From positions 124,001-188,000 of the forward strand of contig NW_026930899.1 of assembly GCF_032062105.1 (NCBI RefSeq): a stretch of DNA of 64,000 nucleotides, read 5' to 3'. A program made the translations under genes and the position numbers. Below, one piece after another: positions 42,701-54,436 of this stretch; the stretch's first letter is position 1; each line of letters opens with the position of its first letter. A model generated the notes under the pieces. It searched no databases. It had not been told where the DNA came from and saw only the letters and a program-made list of their open reading frames with translations. The stretch is from Saccostrea cucullata (taxonomy: Eukaryota).

Positions 42701-43195
42701 AGTTAGGAGAGTATGCCAGGGACATCAACAATAGTGGGAAACATGGGATAATTGTAGCATAACGGGCTTATATATATTCCTTATATTTCCATTTCTACTT
42801 GAAATAACAATCTTAAAATAAATCGAAATACCGTCTAATTTAGTAGATTTGAAATGCACGGGCCCCATGACGTCAAATTTTACTATAAAAAAAAATAGTC
42901 CCATAAAAACACGAAACAAATTTATTGATTATTTAGTTACTGTAGTCAAATATCAATATTTACAAAATAAACAACAAAAGAATTTTAAATTATGATCAAA
43001 GCAATCTTGTTAACTTTAATTATATATGTGACCTAGATTTAAGTTGTTGGAAGCACGAACACGTGTGTAGGCCCTATGTCACTTCTCCGCCGCCATATTG
43101 AATGCAGTGCAGTTGATGAGACGGGAGTGGTCAGCATAGTCTAGTCTCGTTTTCCCCAGACTCTCGCTCTCGAGACTTTGCCGAAGTCTCGAGAG

Positions 43196-44925
43196 GAATG
43201 CGGGTGGTTTCGCTCCCATTCCGTGTTCGCGCCGAGTGGGTTCGCTCCAATAACTTGTTCGCGCCGGGTGGTTTCGCCCCTCGTGGATTCGCGCCGCTGA
43301 ACTACTGAAGATACCGCTTATCGGGTAGTCATTTGATTATCGTTTGATCATTAACGACGAGCAGATTAATTATAAATAATGATGAGAGGCAAGTCGTGCG
43401 TTTTTCAAATATATACACAATATACACAATACTACAAAGAAAAGTTTCATTGAAAAACAATGACAACCTTCATTGAAAAGATGATATTTGTGAAAAAAAT
43501 ATTATATTTCAACAGAAATAATAATTATTTTTCAACAGAAATAATAATTATTTTTCAACAGAAATAAATATTATTTTCAACAGAAATAAATATTATATTT
43601 CAACAGAAATAAATAGTATATTTCAACAGAAATAAATAGTATATTTCAACAAAAATTATATTTTGACATCCAATCCTAAATTATTCCAAATTAAACGATC
43701 AAATTTGATCAAATAGTCATAATTTGGTTAAAAAAAAATAGACTCAATAAAGGAGTTACTTGTACTAGAAAATGGGATAATTACTCAACACAACATGACA
43801 TTAGCGCTTGGGGTTCATTAATAACAGGCTACTGGTTTATGTAATTACAGGTAATCGGGGGAAGCCATTCTGTATACTACCAATAATCGGGGGAAGCCAT
43901 GCATTCTGTATGGTAGACAGACTACTCGGCCCAACGACACCTCGGCCCGTGCTGGTTGACACCTCGGCCCTGACAGGTCGGCTCAAAATCATTGACACCT
44001 CGGCCCATACCGAAGACTGCTCGGCCCGTTAGGAATAAAATTAAATTTAGTTTGTTTAAATTAGTTTAATTTTTTTTTTACTTTCTATGCCACGGTATTG
44101 TAATGTACTATGTATATTTAATCACTATACGTATACTATAAATATACGATAATTTCAATATTTCAGTATTTAACTATTTTCTAACTAACCACAGCACAAC
44201 ATCAAATTACAATCCGTTGATTGGGAGGTACATGTAATAGGTCTACACAGAAGTTTATGCCCTGGTTTTCAAGATTTATTGATTTAAATTGTTTATTTTA
44301 TATATATATATATTACTGCTTAATTTTGAAAAATCATAGGCCTATTTTTTTCAAATCAATTTAATAAAATATCAACAAGGGTTTCTTAAAGAAACTTTTC
44401 ATTAACATAAGTCTCCAAATTATGGCTTCTCGTAATTAACTCCTCATAGTCACCACCCCATATGACACGCGCTCGAGACTCCAAAAGGAGGCACCGCGTC
44501 TTGTTTGTTTAATGATTAGCACTTATGAACAAGTTACTAATGGATTGTCTTTCTTTAATTACCGTCAATTTGCCGTCTTGGAAGATTGCAAATGTATCAA
44601 ATTAATTTTCTTTTGCATTTTATAGATATATAACAGCATAAATAATAAATATATTTAACTAAAATATTATATTTCTGTTTGGGCCGAGGTGTCTTTTATG
44701 TGAGCCGAGTTGTCTGCAAATTTGGGCCGAGCCGTCGGAGCCGAGGTGTCAATGGGCCGAGGTATCGTTGGGCCGAGGTGTCGTTGGGCCGAGCAGTCTG
44801 ACATTCTTCTGTATACTACCAATACCTAACCTTACCTGTATATACCTGTAGATAAACGGGGCGAAACCACCCGGCGCGATACCACTCGGCGCGAACACGT
44901 AATCGGCGCGAAACCACCCTACTCC
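43196..44925. mobile_element. Nested MITE level 2 (MuDR-like)
   Basis: Ends gaatgcgggtggtttcgc / gcgaaaccaccctactcc; TSD ctcgagag; internal ~22-bp tandem repeat (tttcaacagaaata..) at ~43500-43655. Confidence 0.75.
43912..44806. mobile_element. Nested MITE level 3 with gacacctcggccc subterminal repeats
   Basis: Ends cagactactcggcccaacgacacctcggccc / gggccgaggtgtcgttgggccgagcagtctg; TSD ttctgtat. Confidence 0.8.
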
Positions 44926-46108
44926 CTCGAGAGCGAGAGTCTGGGGAAAACGAGACTAAGCATAGTTAGGAAACAGATTTGTGTGGTTGTTAAAATAGCA
45001 GAGGAATTTGAGTTGCTTAAGAAGTCGGATGGTAATGACTGAGGGACGATGTCTGTATCAGATGATGGAGAGAAGATCTATGTGGCAATGCCGATTTCTC
45101 CACGTGGTAAGGCACCGTGGTTCAGATGGGGTGTTTACTATGTCTATGTTTACGGAAGTGGGGTTCTCGGTCTCGCGAGACCTCGGTGAAAGTGGACAGC
45201 GTTGCGTTAGTGACTTGCTTTTGATCCGAAGATGATTCATTATTTATTTTGTTTGTTAAAAGATATATCATATCTAATTACTTAGTAAACAATTAAAAAA
45301 AAAATATTTTTCTTTAGTGTATTTATACTCCAGTGATATATACATGCAGGTTGACGTTTGACCTTTCAGTAGTAATAGAGAAATTTACATGCCACAGGAA
45401 TCACGGAGAAATTAACAAAATTCACTTTCGTAGTGTTTTTCATAGGGAAAACAATTGGAAATGGAAATATATTAGATTATATCAATTATAACTACCTAAT
45501 ATACTTGAATGTTTTTAGGAAGTTTATTTTTTATGTTATCCCAAATATTCTCATTCCCATCTCTAACAGCACTCTTTAAAGATTCCTTTAGATTCATCAT
45601 AAATTCTCAAAGAATAGTTTCTTTAAGTGCATGTTGATTTTTTTTTTTAATTTTTAGTATTGCTTTTTAAATAATCAATGGTTGGAAATGTTAAATTGTT
45701 ACATTTGATCTTGTCTATTAGAACCATCATTAAATCTTTGTAAAATATAAACAATAATATGTAGACTTATTTCGTGTCTTGTTTTTTCAAATGATTTCAA
45801 TACTTTACGTCTTGAAGACTATGAATGATCAACATCTATCACGGTACTTTCTTTCACTTCATGTTTTTTTTTTTAACTTTTCATGTTGAGCCTAATTTAA
45901 GCAATCTTACTATTTGTTCTTAAGAAGAATTTCAATAAATTCATCAGTATGCAGAAAAACTACAGTAATTTGTGATGATAATTTGTTATTATCTGTTTTA
46001 TCTACGATTTATTTTTAAATAAACAGTTTGTTGGATTGTATTGTCTCCAAATACTACATACATGTTGTTAAAAAAACAAATGGTATCCTCTTAATATCAA
46101 CTTTAGAG

Positions 46109-46406
46109 GTCGCCCGCGTGGCGCAGTGGTTAGAGCGTCTGCTCTGGAGTTGCGAAGTAAGGAGTTAATCCTTACGTCGTGGGTTCGAATCCCACTGTGG
46201 GACGTGGAGACCGGTCCTTCAGATGAGACCATATAAACCTAGGTCCCGTGTCGAAGTAGGTACTGGTTGAAAAGGGTCCCTCCCTGCTCAATGGCCCTGA
46301 GTGCCGAGTATAGGACAAAATTTGCAGCTCTCCACCGGCAGGTGGTGGCGTCTCCATATGAGTGAAAAATTCTCGAGAGGGACGATAAACAATATACAAT
46401 CAATCA
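46109..46406 (+). mobile_element. Full-length tRNA-derived V-core SINE
   Basis: A box TGGCGCAGTGG (46119-29), B box GGTTCGAATCC (46182-92), V-domain-like gatgagacc..aaacctaggtcccgtgt, (CAAT)n tail, 13-bp TSD atcaactttagag. Confidence 0.9.
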
Positions 46407-46794
46407 ATCAACTTTAGAGTACTTGTTTGTACAGAGTGATTTTTAACAAAGTGATTTTGCTGAAGACCAGAAGAGCAATCAAATGATTTGAAAATGTTTC
46501 ATTCTTTTTTTTTTTCATTTCTTTTGGAGAAGCAATAGTCTATGAAATTAAAATTCCTATTTTTAGATTTATCGAGATGTTATTGACTTTTCAAAAAAAA
46601 ATATTAAGAATTTTCTAAAAAGTTATTTGAAGCTTAGGAGAATACTAGTATATGCTTCGATTTACCTCACTTCTAGAAAACGCTGTAGCACAGTACATCT
46701 GAAGTCTCTCCTTTTCAGCAAGCATTAATTTTGTGTTGAGTAAAGAAAGGGTTAGTAGGGCATTTGTTGGACAATGGTTTTTTTTTTCTTTTAA

Positions 46795-47431
46795 GGAACT
46801 CCGATCCTCAGTCAGGAAGGATAACTCTTTAATTTATAATTTAAATCAAAATGTCCCAAAATGAAGCTTGAAATTGAAATCTTTTCATGCAATAAATTTC
46901 ATTTTATGCCTCTCAATGTTCTTCAATGTTCTTTGAAGTTCTCAGAAAGGTCTTATAAAAAGTCGAAATGTTTAATCCATAATAGTATTTTATAATGGCA
47001 TATTTCAAAAAAATGAGTTTTTTTTAATCTAACCAAAATACCAATGTTATTAACTTAATATGAAATAAGAAGTGATTTATAGTGTTTTGTAATGATAGGA
47101 AAATCTTTATACACTATGCGTTGTAAAATGATCGAACTAAATAGAAGAAACTAAAGTACCTTATATGTATAAAAATTGTGCAATTTCTTCAAAAGCCTGG
47201 ATACCTTTGAATTTTATTTCTAAAATATGTTTATTGATCAAATTTAAACTGGAAAAGGCATAGTAGATGTTTTATTTCGCATTTACTAAAAATTCATTTG
47301 AAAATTCCATATTTTCCCTATATAATTTGATTTTGGAGAATTATCGAAAACTTTACTTCGAGAATTCAGAGACATTTTTGTGAATATTTTCAGTCATTGC
47401 CTGATTTTCAGAACCTGAGGATCGGCGTACC
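46795..47431. mobile_element. TTAA MITE (Kolobok-like), family also at 56011-56681
   Basis: TIR ggaactccgatcctcag / ctgaggatcggcgtacc; TTAA flanks. Confidence 0.8.
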
Positions 47432-47435
47432 TTAA

Positions 47436-48972
47436 GGTATGTCACTCGTGAAATTTGTTAAATCAAGGATTTATTGAGAAGTATATTTTGGATAAGTACT
47501 CATATAGAGTGACTCAAAATCGCAAAGAAAATAGAGGGTCAATTGTTCATCTTACTGATCTACGGTACAATGAAGTTGACCTTTTTGCACTTAAATTTTA
47601 ACTCTTTGGTTAATTACTTAAAACTTTATTATATTTTATCAGATGTAATCATGGCAAAAAATGTGATCTTATTTTACGTAAAATGTTTTGAATAATATTT
47701 ATCATTGAAAAAATCTTGCAAATTTATGCGCGTAAATTATTATGTGTCCTTTTGCACTAAAAAGTAACTACGACGGCGTATTCGTGCCATTTTAACAATG
47801 TAGAATTTTTTTTAAAATCGTTTGTACGATTTAAGAAAACGTTTGTACGATTTAATAAATCGTTTGTACAATTTAATAAATCGTTTGTACAATTTAATAA
47901 ATCGTTTGTACAATTTAATAAGTCGTTTGTACGATTTAATAAATTGTTTTTACAATTTAGTAAATCGTATGTACAATTTAATAAATCGCTTGTACAATTT
48001 GTTTGTTAAATCGTTTGTATAATTTATTAAATCGTTTGTACAATTTATTAAATCGTTTATACGATTTTTTAAAATAGTTTGTACGATTTTTATAAATCGT
48101 TTGAACAATTTAGGAAACCGTTTTTACGATTTAAGAAAACGTTTGTACGATTTAAAAAATTGTTTGTACGATTTAAAAAATTGTTTGTACGATTTAATAA
48201 ATTGTACAAACGATTTAACAAACAAATCGTACAAACGACTTATTAAATTGTACAAACGATTTATTAAATTGTACAAACGATTTATTAAATCGTAGAAACG
48301 TTTTCTTAAATCGTTCAAACGATTTTAAAAAAAATTTCTACATTGTTAAAATGGCACGAATACGCCGTCGTAAGTAAAACATTTTGGGGTATTAAAAAAC
48401 TAAATAGGCAATAAAACATTTTCTTAAATCAAGCCTTTTACGACTTAAGTGCTGATCAGTCACAAATATCGAGTACTTTAAAATAATGAAAGAAAAAGTT
48501 TGGGTCAGTGATGTTAATTTTGAAATATTGGTCAAAATATATGATTTTCAGGCAATAAATCGTGTAAATTTTATATTGACTTATTTGACATATCTTCATT
48601 TTTTGGCAAAGTTTGGTGAAGGAAGGTGTAAAACTTGTTCTAAAAATATAAATTAAGACCTATATTTAATATTCCTAGCAATATCATAATGGAAAATATT
48701 CTCCGAGTAAAAATATGTGAGGCTAAAGTTCCAAGATATTAAATTTAATAAATGTGCAGATTTGCAGAATTATCTGCTAAATATCCTTCCACCACAAAAA
48801 ATAGTCCCTCGCAAATCTTGCTCCTTTATAGCTTTTTGAGCAGTTTTTTCGTTGAATGTTAAAAGATTAACATTGTTGAAAGTAAATTAGTTATAAAAAT
48901 TGAATTTTGATAAATAGTTTTGAAGAAAGAGGTTCTGAGAGAACTTTTACAAATGCTGACGAGTGACCTACC
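47436..48972. mobile_element. Second TTAA MITE abutting the first at a shared TTAA
   Basis: TIR ggtatgtcactcgt / acgagtgacctacc; TTAA at 47432-35 and 48973-76. Confidence 0.8.
47769..48372. mobile_element. Foldback element with inverted 21-bp tandem arrays, nested in the TTAA MITE
   Basis: TIR tacgacggcgtattcgtgccattttaacaatgtagaa at both ends; internal (aaatcgtttgtacaatttaat)n arrays that switch orientation at ~48200. Confidence 0.88.
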
Positions 48973-49484
48973 TTAAGCGAATTTTATGAAGTAATGGATA
49001 CAGTGTTCGTAGTAACTGTTAAGAATTCCTTGGAAATTAAAAAAAATGTAATATCAAAAACAGTTATATCTATCTAAAGTTCATCTATATTAACATCCAT
49101 TCAATATTTTATTCCTTTGTTATGGGGAACATTGCCATTAATTGGTAAATGAACAACACTAGGCAAGCCATGTCTGTAGATTTCTTGAATAATGGCTGTT
49201 CCATCATATGCATACAATGATATATTCATCATAAATACAATATCTAACAAATTTAGTTTTACTTTCAATGATTTTAAATACAGGTGTATATAAAATGCTT
49301 TCTTTGTTACACGTAGAACGGGAATGAACGTCGCAGCTGTTGCTTAGGCGGGTTATGTATAATTTTTCGGCAACAGTTGCGATATTAACCCCCGTACTAA
49401 CAACCAAAGAAAGCATATTATTATATAAGCTAATCAATACAAATCTGTTAATACTTAACCTTAGAGATTCCAAATGTAGGATTA

Positions 49485-50010
49485 CGTGATGACTTTAACT
49501 TTTCTATTGTCAACTTCCTTTACTTATGCAGCAATAAACCTTCCTCACCTGCATACGGCGTATATATATACCAGTATCTCACTTGATTCGATACGCAAAA
49601 GCATGCTCTACGTATGAACAATTTCTAAAACGAGGTAAATTATTGACAAACAAGTTGATGAAACAAGAATATCAACAGTCTCGCTTAAAGTCATCATTTC
49701 GAAAGTTCTTTGGTCGATACAATGACCTTGTCAGCAAATACAATTTATCATTGAGTCAAATGCTGACTGACGTTTTTCATACTTATTGTTAGTCCATTAT
49801 CATCCCTGAATTGACGACGGATTTTTTCCGTTATTTCCAAATCATGACAAGGAGCACACGGCGAATGTGACCGGTCAGCAAGGGATGCTCACTCCTCCAT
49901 GGCACCTGATCCCACCTCCGATGTTTTGGAGGTCCGTGTTTGCTCTGCTCCTATATATTTTGTATTGTTTTATGGACTTTGATATTGAATACTGTTCGTT
50001 ATCTCCATAT
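49485..50010 (+). mobile_element. Penelope-like element RT C-terminus + 3' UTR (best-preserved copy)
   Basis: DDFNFSIVNFLYLCSNKPSSPAYGVY..SHLIRYAKACSTYEQFLKRGKLLTNKLMKQ...FHTYC*, then a structured 3' motif. Confidence 0.75.
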
Positions 50011-50163
50011 CCTTCATTAAGTGCTAAAAGTGAAAGGAAAAATTCTAAACATTATTAGATTTATTAGATTTATTAGATTTCCACATTTTAATATGAAAAA
50101 AGTAACCATAATTGATTTCAGAAAATATTTCAAGTGTAAAGAACTTGTCTCTTTCTTTTCATC

Positions 50164-50768
50164 TTAATCGCAAGCCATCCAGCGCATGCCTAGACCGAAC
50201 AGTTTCGTGTCATGCATCGTTCCCATCCACACGGTAAATTCCGTCTCATTGGATCCCAAAAGCTTTATCCTAGCTCGTTTATTCTCGGCGTAGTTTATAT
50301 CGATCATTGTTATTCCGTACATTACAGACGGTGTAGCTGAAAATGGTTCTTTGAATGTTATGGTCTTGTTGATTGGGAAAGGTGATTCTGGGTATTGATA
50401 CATGTCAACCTCCCCCGACTCACCTGTGAGAAAAAGACGGAATTAAGTATTCTTAATTCGCAAAGAGATTTCAATGAACATCTTTATAAAAAAAATATAG
50501 TGATATAAAAACTATCAACCAACTTACATTTTGCTGTAAGATTAATTAAAGAATATACTTACATTTTGCTGTTGCCAACTTAAAAACATCGTCTGGGGAA
50601 AAAAGCAAATTTTATACATTAATTTTAATTTGACATTATCATTCTAAGATTGAGATACGGATTTAAAAATCAAAATCAAAGGAAAACTACATATATGTAC
50701 ATTTGCTTACATATGGCAAGAACTAAAATCACACAACACAAACTTCTGTTAATGCTCTGAGTCCTCAT
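50164..50768 (-). CDS. Secreted H-type lectin domain protein B (115 aa)
   Basis: Exons 50768-50711 (MRTQSINRSLCCVILVLAI), 50592-50563 (30-nt microexon), 50423-50164; in frame (348 nt); ITFKEPFSATPSVMYGITMID...NKR...F..WMGTMHDTKLFGLGMRWMACD. Confidence 0.88.
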
Positions 50769-52054
50769 GTTTCTGAAAAAGAATTTTATGCTAAATAAAT
50801 TGTATTAGACTAGGCGATACATGCAGTTCAAAACTATTTAAAAGAAATATTTCATAATAGTTGCATATATTACATGTACGACAGTATTTTTGGCGGTGTG
50901 TGATACTGAAGTAATTAGATATAATTTATATAAAAATACTTTATTAAGAAAATTTTTACTAATTTCGGAACTTGTCGAAACTTGCTGAAACTTGCTGAAA
51001 CTTTCTAAGAATCCTACTTTTGGATATATTGTAAATAAATTTTTGTTAATATGTTCAAATTAACTTTTCTTTACTTTGTTTTGTATAATCCTTTAACGCA
51101 GATGTTGTATATGACTTGGACTTAGAACATCACCAATCTGCGTTAAAATAGAAAATTACTTAATTACCTTTTTTATTATTTATCACATTTTAAGAATTTA
51201 TATTTTACATACTGTAAAACACCAAAGTTTAAAAATCTTTGTCCTGTCTGCTAAGAACATTTCTCTATCTAAATCCAAGCAAAGTTGAGGGACATACCCA
51301 TTTTAGAAAAATTATCTTTCATTTCATTGAAATATCTTTAAAAAATTAAGTTGCAAAATTTAACACATTTGTTTTCTTCAGATTTATAAGAATTAACCTG
51401 TAATTTGCAATTCTTTTCAAGGAATGTTTGATAAAATCAGAATAGAAATATTTTTACCTTACCAAATATCGCTAGGACAACTGAAGTACTGAGAATTCTG
51501 CATGTTATGTACCATAAAGAAATGTCTTGGGGGACTGTTCTGTCAAATTTTACAATATGAATTGTTTGCTAATATTTTTCTAGACAATATCCGTTAATGG
51601 CTTCTCTTGACAGATTGTGTATAGCCCAATTTAAAGATGCTCTAGTTAGTAGGTGAAATGAACATCGATTCAATACTAATATGGTGCATTGACGCTTATA
51701 ATTATATCCTTTCCATTAATGTTCGTAGTTTCATGAGAGATGATGTGCTATATGCTCATAGATGGTTTTTCATGGCCCTTGGCATTTTTTTAATATTTCA
51801 TTCATGCATTCTATAGTAAGCTGCAAGAGGAAAATGACATTAAGCATACATCTTTTGAAGCAATAAATTATGTCCAACTGACGCCATTTTTAAAGCTAAT
51901 TTGTTCAAAAGATAAAAAAATATTAGGACTGGAACAACCTTTTTGAAAACAAAAACAAAAATAATTGTCAGATGATTCGACCCGGTTATTAAAAAAAATT
52001 GTTAAAGTAACGAGCAGAGATCGATATCATAAAAACAATACCCAATTCAAATCT

Positions 52055-52700
52055 GTGAACAAAGCATAAACACAGACCATCGGAAATTCAATAGCTGGGT
52101 TCACATTTCTGAATATGCATCCCCTGTTGACTAGTCACATCTGCCGTGAGCTCTTTGTATTGATCATGTGATGGAACATTCCGTCAAATTTAGCATAAAA
52201 ATACAGACCTAGCTTACTACGAAACAAAATACGACCAAATGATAAGTTACATTTGCTAACAATGTCAGAAAGAATTTACGAAATAGTGACTTGAAATGGA
52301 GTTGTTGCAATCCCTGTAATATCAATGTGTTTGTGCGTAGCCTGCATCGGTTTACAAGGTTTTCGTACTCAGAGCATGCTCTTGAGAAGCAAATGTGTTT
52401 GGAGACATAAAAAAAAACATATGCAAATGATAGCGGAATATTATTACATAAATACTGTAAGATAGAGAGCTGAATTGAAAACCTGAAGTCATCTTGTTTT
52501 TCATGCAGTTTACTTGGTAGTTGGCCTTTATAGCCTATAGTCAGTATAACATCCAGATATGAAAATGAGTTGGCAGGCTTTTTTGCTGTCTTTTATTTCA
52601 AGTCCTCTGGGATTAATCAAGTCAATATATGAATGGAAATAACTGTAGTTAATTTATAAAGCGTCATCAAATTATCTGAATGATGAGTTGAAAGCCACGA
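52055..52700 (-). mobile_element. Penelope-like relic with 3' motif (minus strand)
   Basis: gcatcccctgttgactagtcacatctgccgtgagctc is the reverse complement of the shared motif. Confidence 0.5.
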
Positions 52701-53689
52701 CAAGTGTTTTCTTTTTGTCATATACTAGTAGATTAAATTTTAAATAAATTTTGCTTCAAAATATAAAAACAGGTTGGAATTTACAGATTGAGAAGGACTA
52801 TTATTGCCCATCGGAATTCAAATACTTTGTTGGAAGGCTCCGAAGACTATATACAGTAAATATTGTCAAAGAGGAATTCCAGTTTTCTTTTAATATCAGA
52901 GTACATGTACTTATGTGCAGAATCAACGTGCTTTCTAGCAAAGTAATTTTTTTGTTCACCAAACACAAGACATGAATATTTTAAAATTCCGTTTTTTAAT
53001 GTAAAAGCCGAAGTTTATGATATTAAAAGCCTATTTTCATCTTTTCGTGATAAATGGTTGCTTAAAGTGTAAAAAGAAAAAGTCGTTCAAGTTATAATCT
53101 TTGATAAAAAAAAATTGTGAAATTGAATTTTCTAAAAGCTGTGCAAAGGTTTTTGAGGATCCGCATCTGATTTACACTACTTCTAGAATATGCTATAGCA
53201 TAGTTAAGTCTAAAGTTTTCCTTTTCAATTGGTCATATTTTGGTAAGGAGTAAAGATAAGCTTGGTTGAAAACTTGCTGGACCAGGCAATATCTTTTTTT
53301 TGTTAGGATGATTGTTAAGTTCATGAATTCAGAATACGAGTCAGCTTAGATGGAACCCACCAAGAATTCAAATCAATGCAGCTCATTGACAAACTAATAC
53401 ATAAAGAAAGCACAGTAGTACTGGCTAGCTTGAGAGGAAAATGAAGTTCAGCAAGATGCAGATTTATACCTACAAGGCCAAAAAAATGCACGGAAATATT
53501 GTCTTTCACTAACAAGTTTCAATTGCCAATGATTCCATGACTAATTGTACTCACTGGCATTTGAAAACCGTTAGTTAGTGTATCCACATCATTATGGTAA
53601 CTAAAACTGACGCAGAGATCAGTTTGAATGTTAAAATGGCTTTTTAATGTTCGTTTTAAACATACCCTTTATTATAATTATCAGATGGA

Positions 53690-54128
53690 TTTTCAAGAGC
53701 AGAGAAGAAAGTATTTTCGCTAAATGATTAACAAATACCTTAACATCAGAACCTCTTTTCCAGGAGCCAGAAGTTTTAAATTACAAAAATGAGGCTCTAT
53801 GCTAACAGAGTCATTTCAACAGTCTGAGTACTTGATTTCTCGGATCGAGTCAAAAAAAAAAGATTTTTGAAGACTGCATTAATTCTTATGGATTAAGCCC
53901 CACACCTTGGACTCCAGAGGTCAAAGACTATGAAATTCACACTTTTTGTATCCCTTTGTCCATAGGTGTTATACACCAAAATTAGTTTAAGAAAATCAGC
54001 GGTTCTCGCTTGAGGAAGCTAAAAATATATTGCCCAAAAGTTAAGCACGAGGCACGATGACAAAAGGATTGCACGGTGCTGAAACAACAGATACCAGAGG
54101 TCACCTAAGGGACTCGTGTGTCCTAAAA
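53690..54128 (+). mobile_element. HINE-like element with satellite-like monomers
   Basis: Oyster-type monomer remnants (agatttttgaag..tatgaaattcaca..caccaaaatt) and a 3' ggtcacctaagggactcgtgtgtcctaaaa palindromic end. Confidence 0.55.
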
Positions 54129-54436
54129 AGGTAGAATTGTTACATTATATATGAAAATCCATAAGCTTTGAAACGTAAAATTGTGGACGAACGCAGCTAT
54201 AGATCAAAGAGTATAGTTTTAATCAAATATAACTGTATTATATACATGTATATCTTTCTAAACAAAGATATCTAATCGGTAAGTATATGCATACTATATA
54301 AATAAACAAGTAAAGACTTCAATACAGAAAAAAATCATGACTCTATACATGTATATTGCAAAATATTACGTTACAACGTACAATGATTTCGTCTATTTTT
54401 GAGGTATGGTATTCTAAAACTTGGGTCAAGTCTAGG

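Larger units (their letters stand above)
43142..44958. mobile_element. Short TAGTCTCG hairpin MITE (AcademH-like) carrying two nested insertions
   Basis: TIR tagtctcgttttccccagactctcgctctcgag perfect at both ends; 9-bp TSD agcatagtc/agcatagtt. Confidence 0.88.

Noticed and set aside
46109-46195. tRNA gene
   Set aside because: A/B boxes are followed by a SINE core, tail and TSD; no proper cloverleaf or terminator.
47822-48318. Heptad LINRLYN 'leucine zipper' ORFs
   Set aside because: Translation of the 21-bp tandem repeat inside a foldback element.
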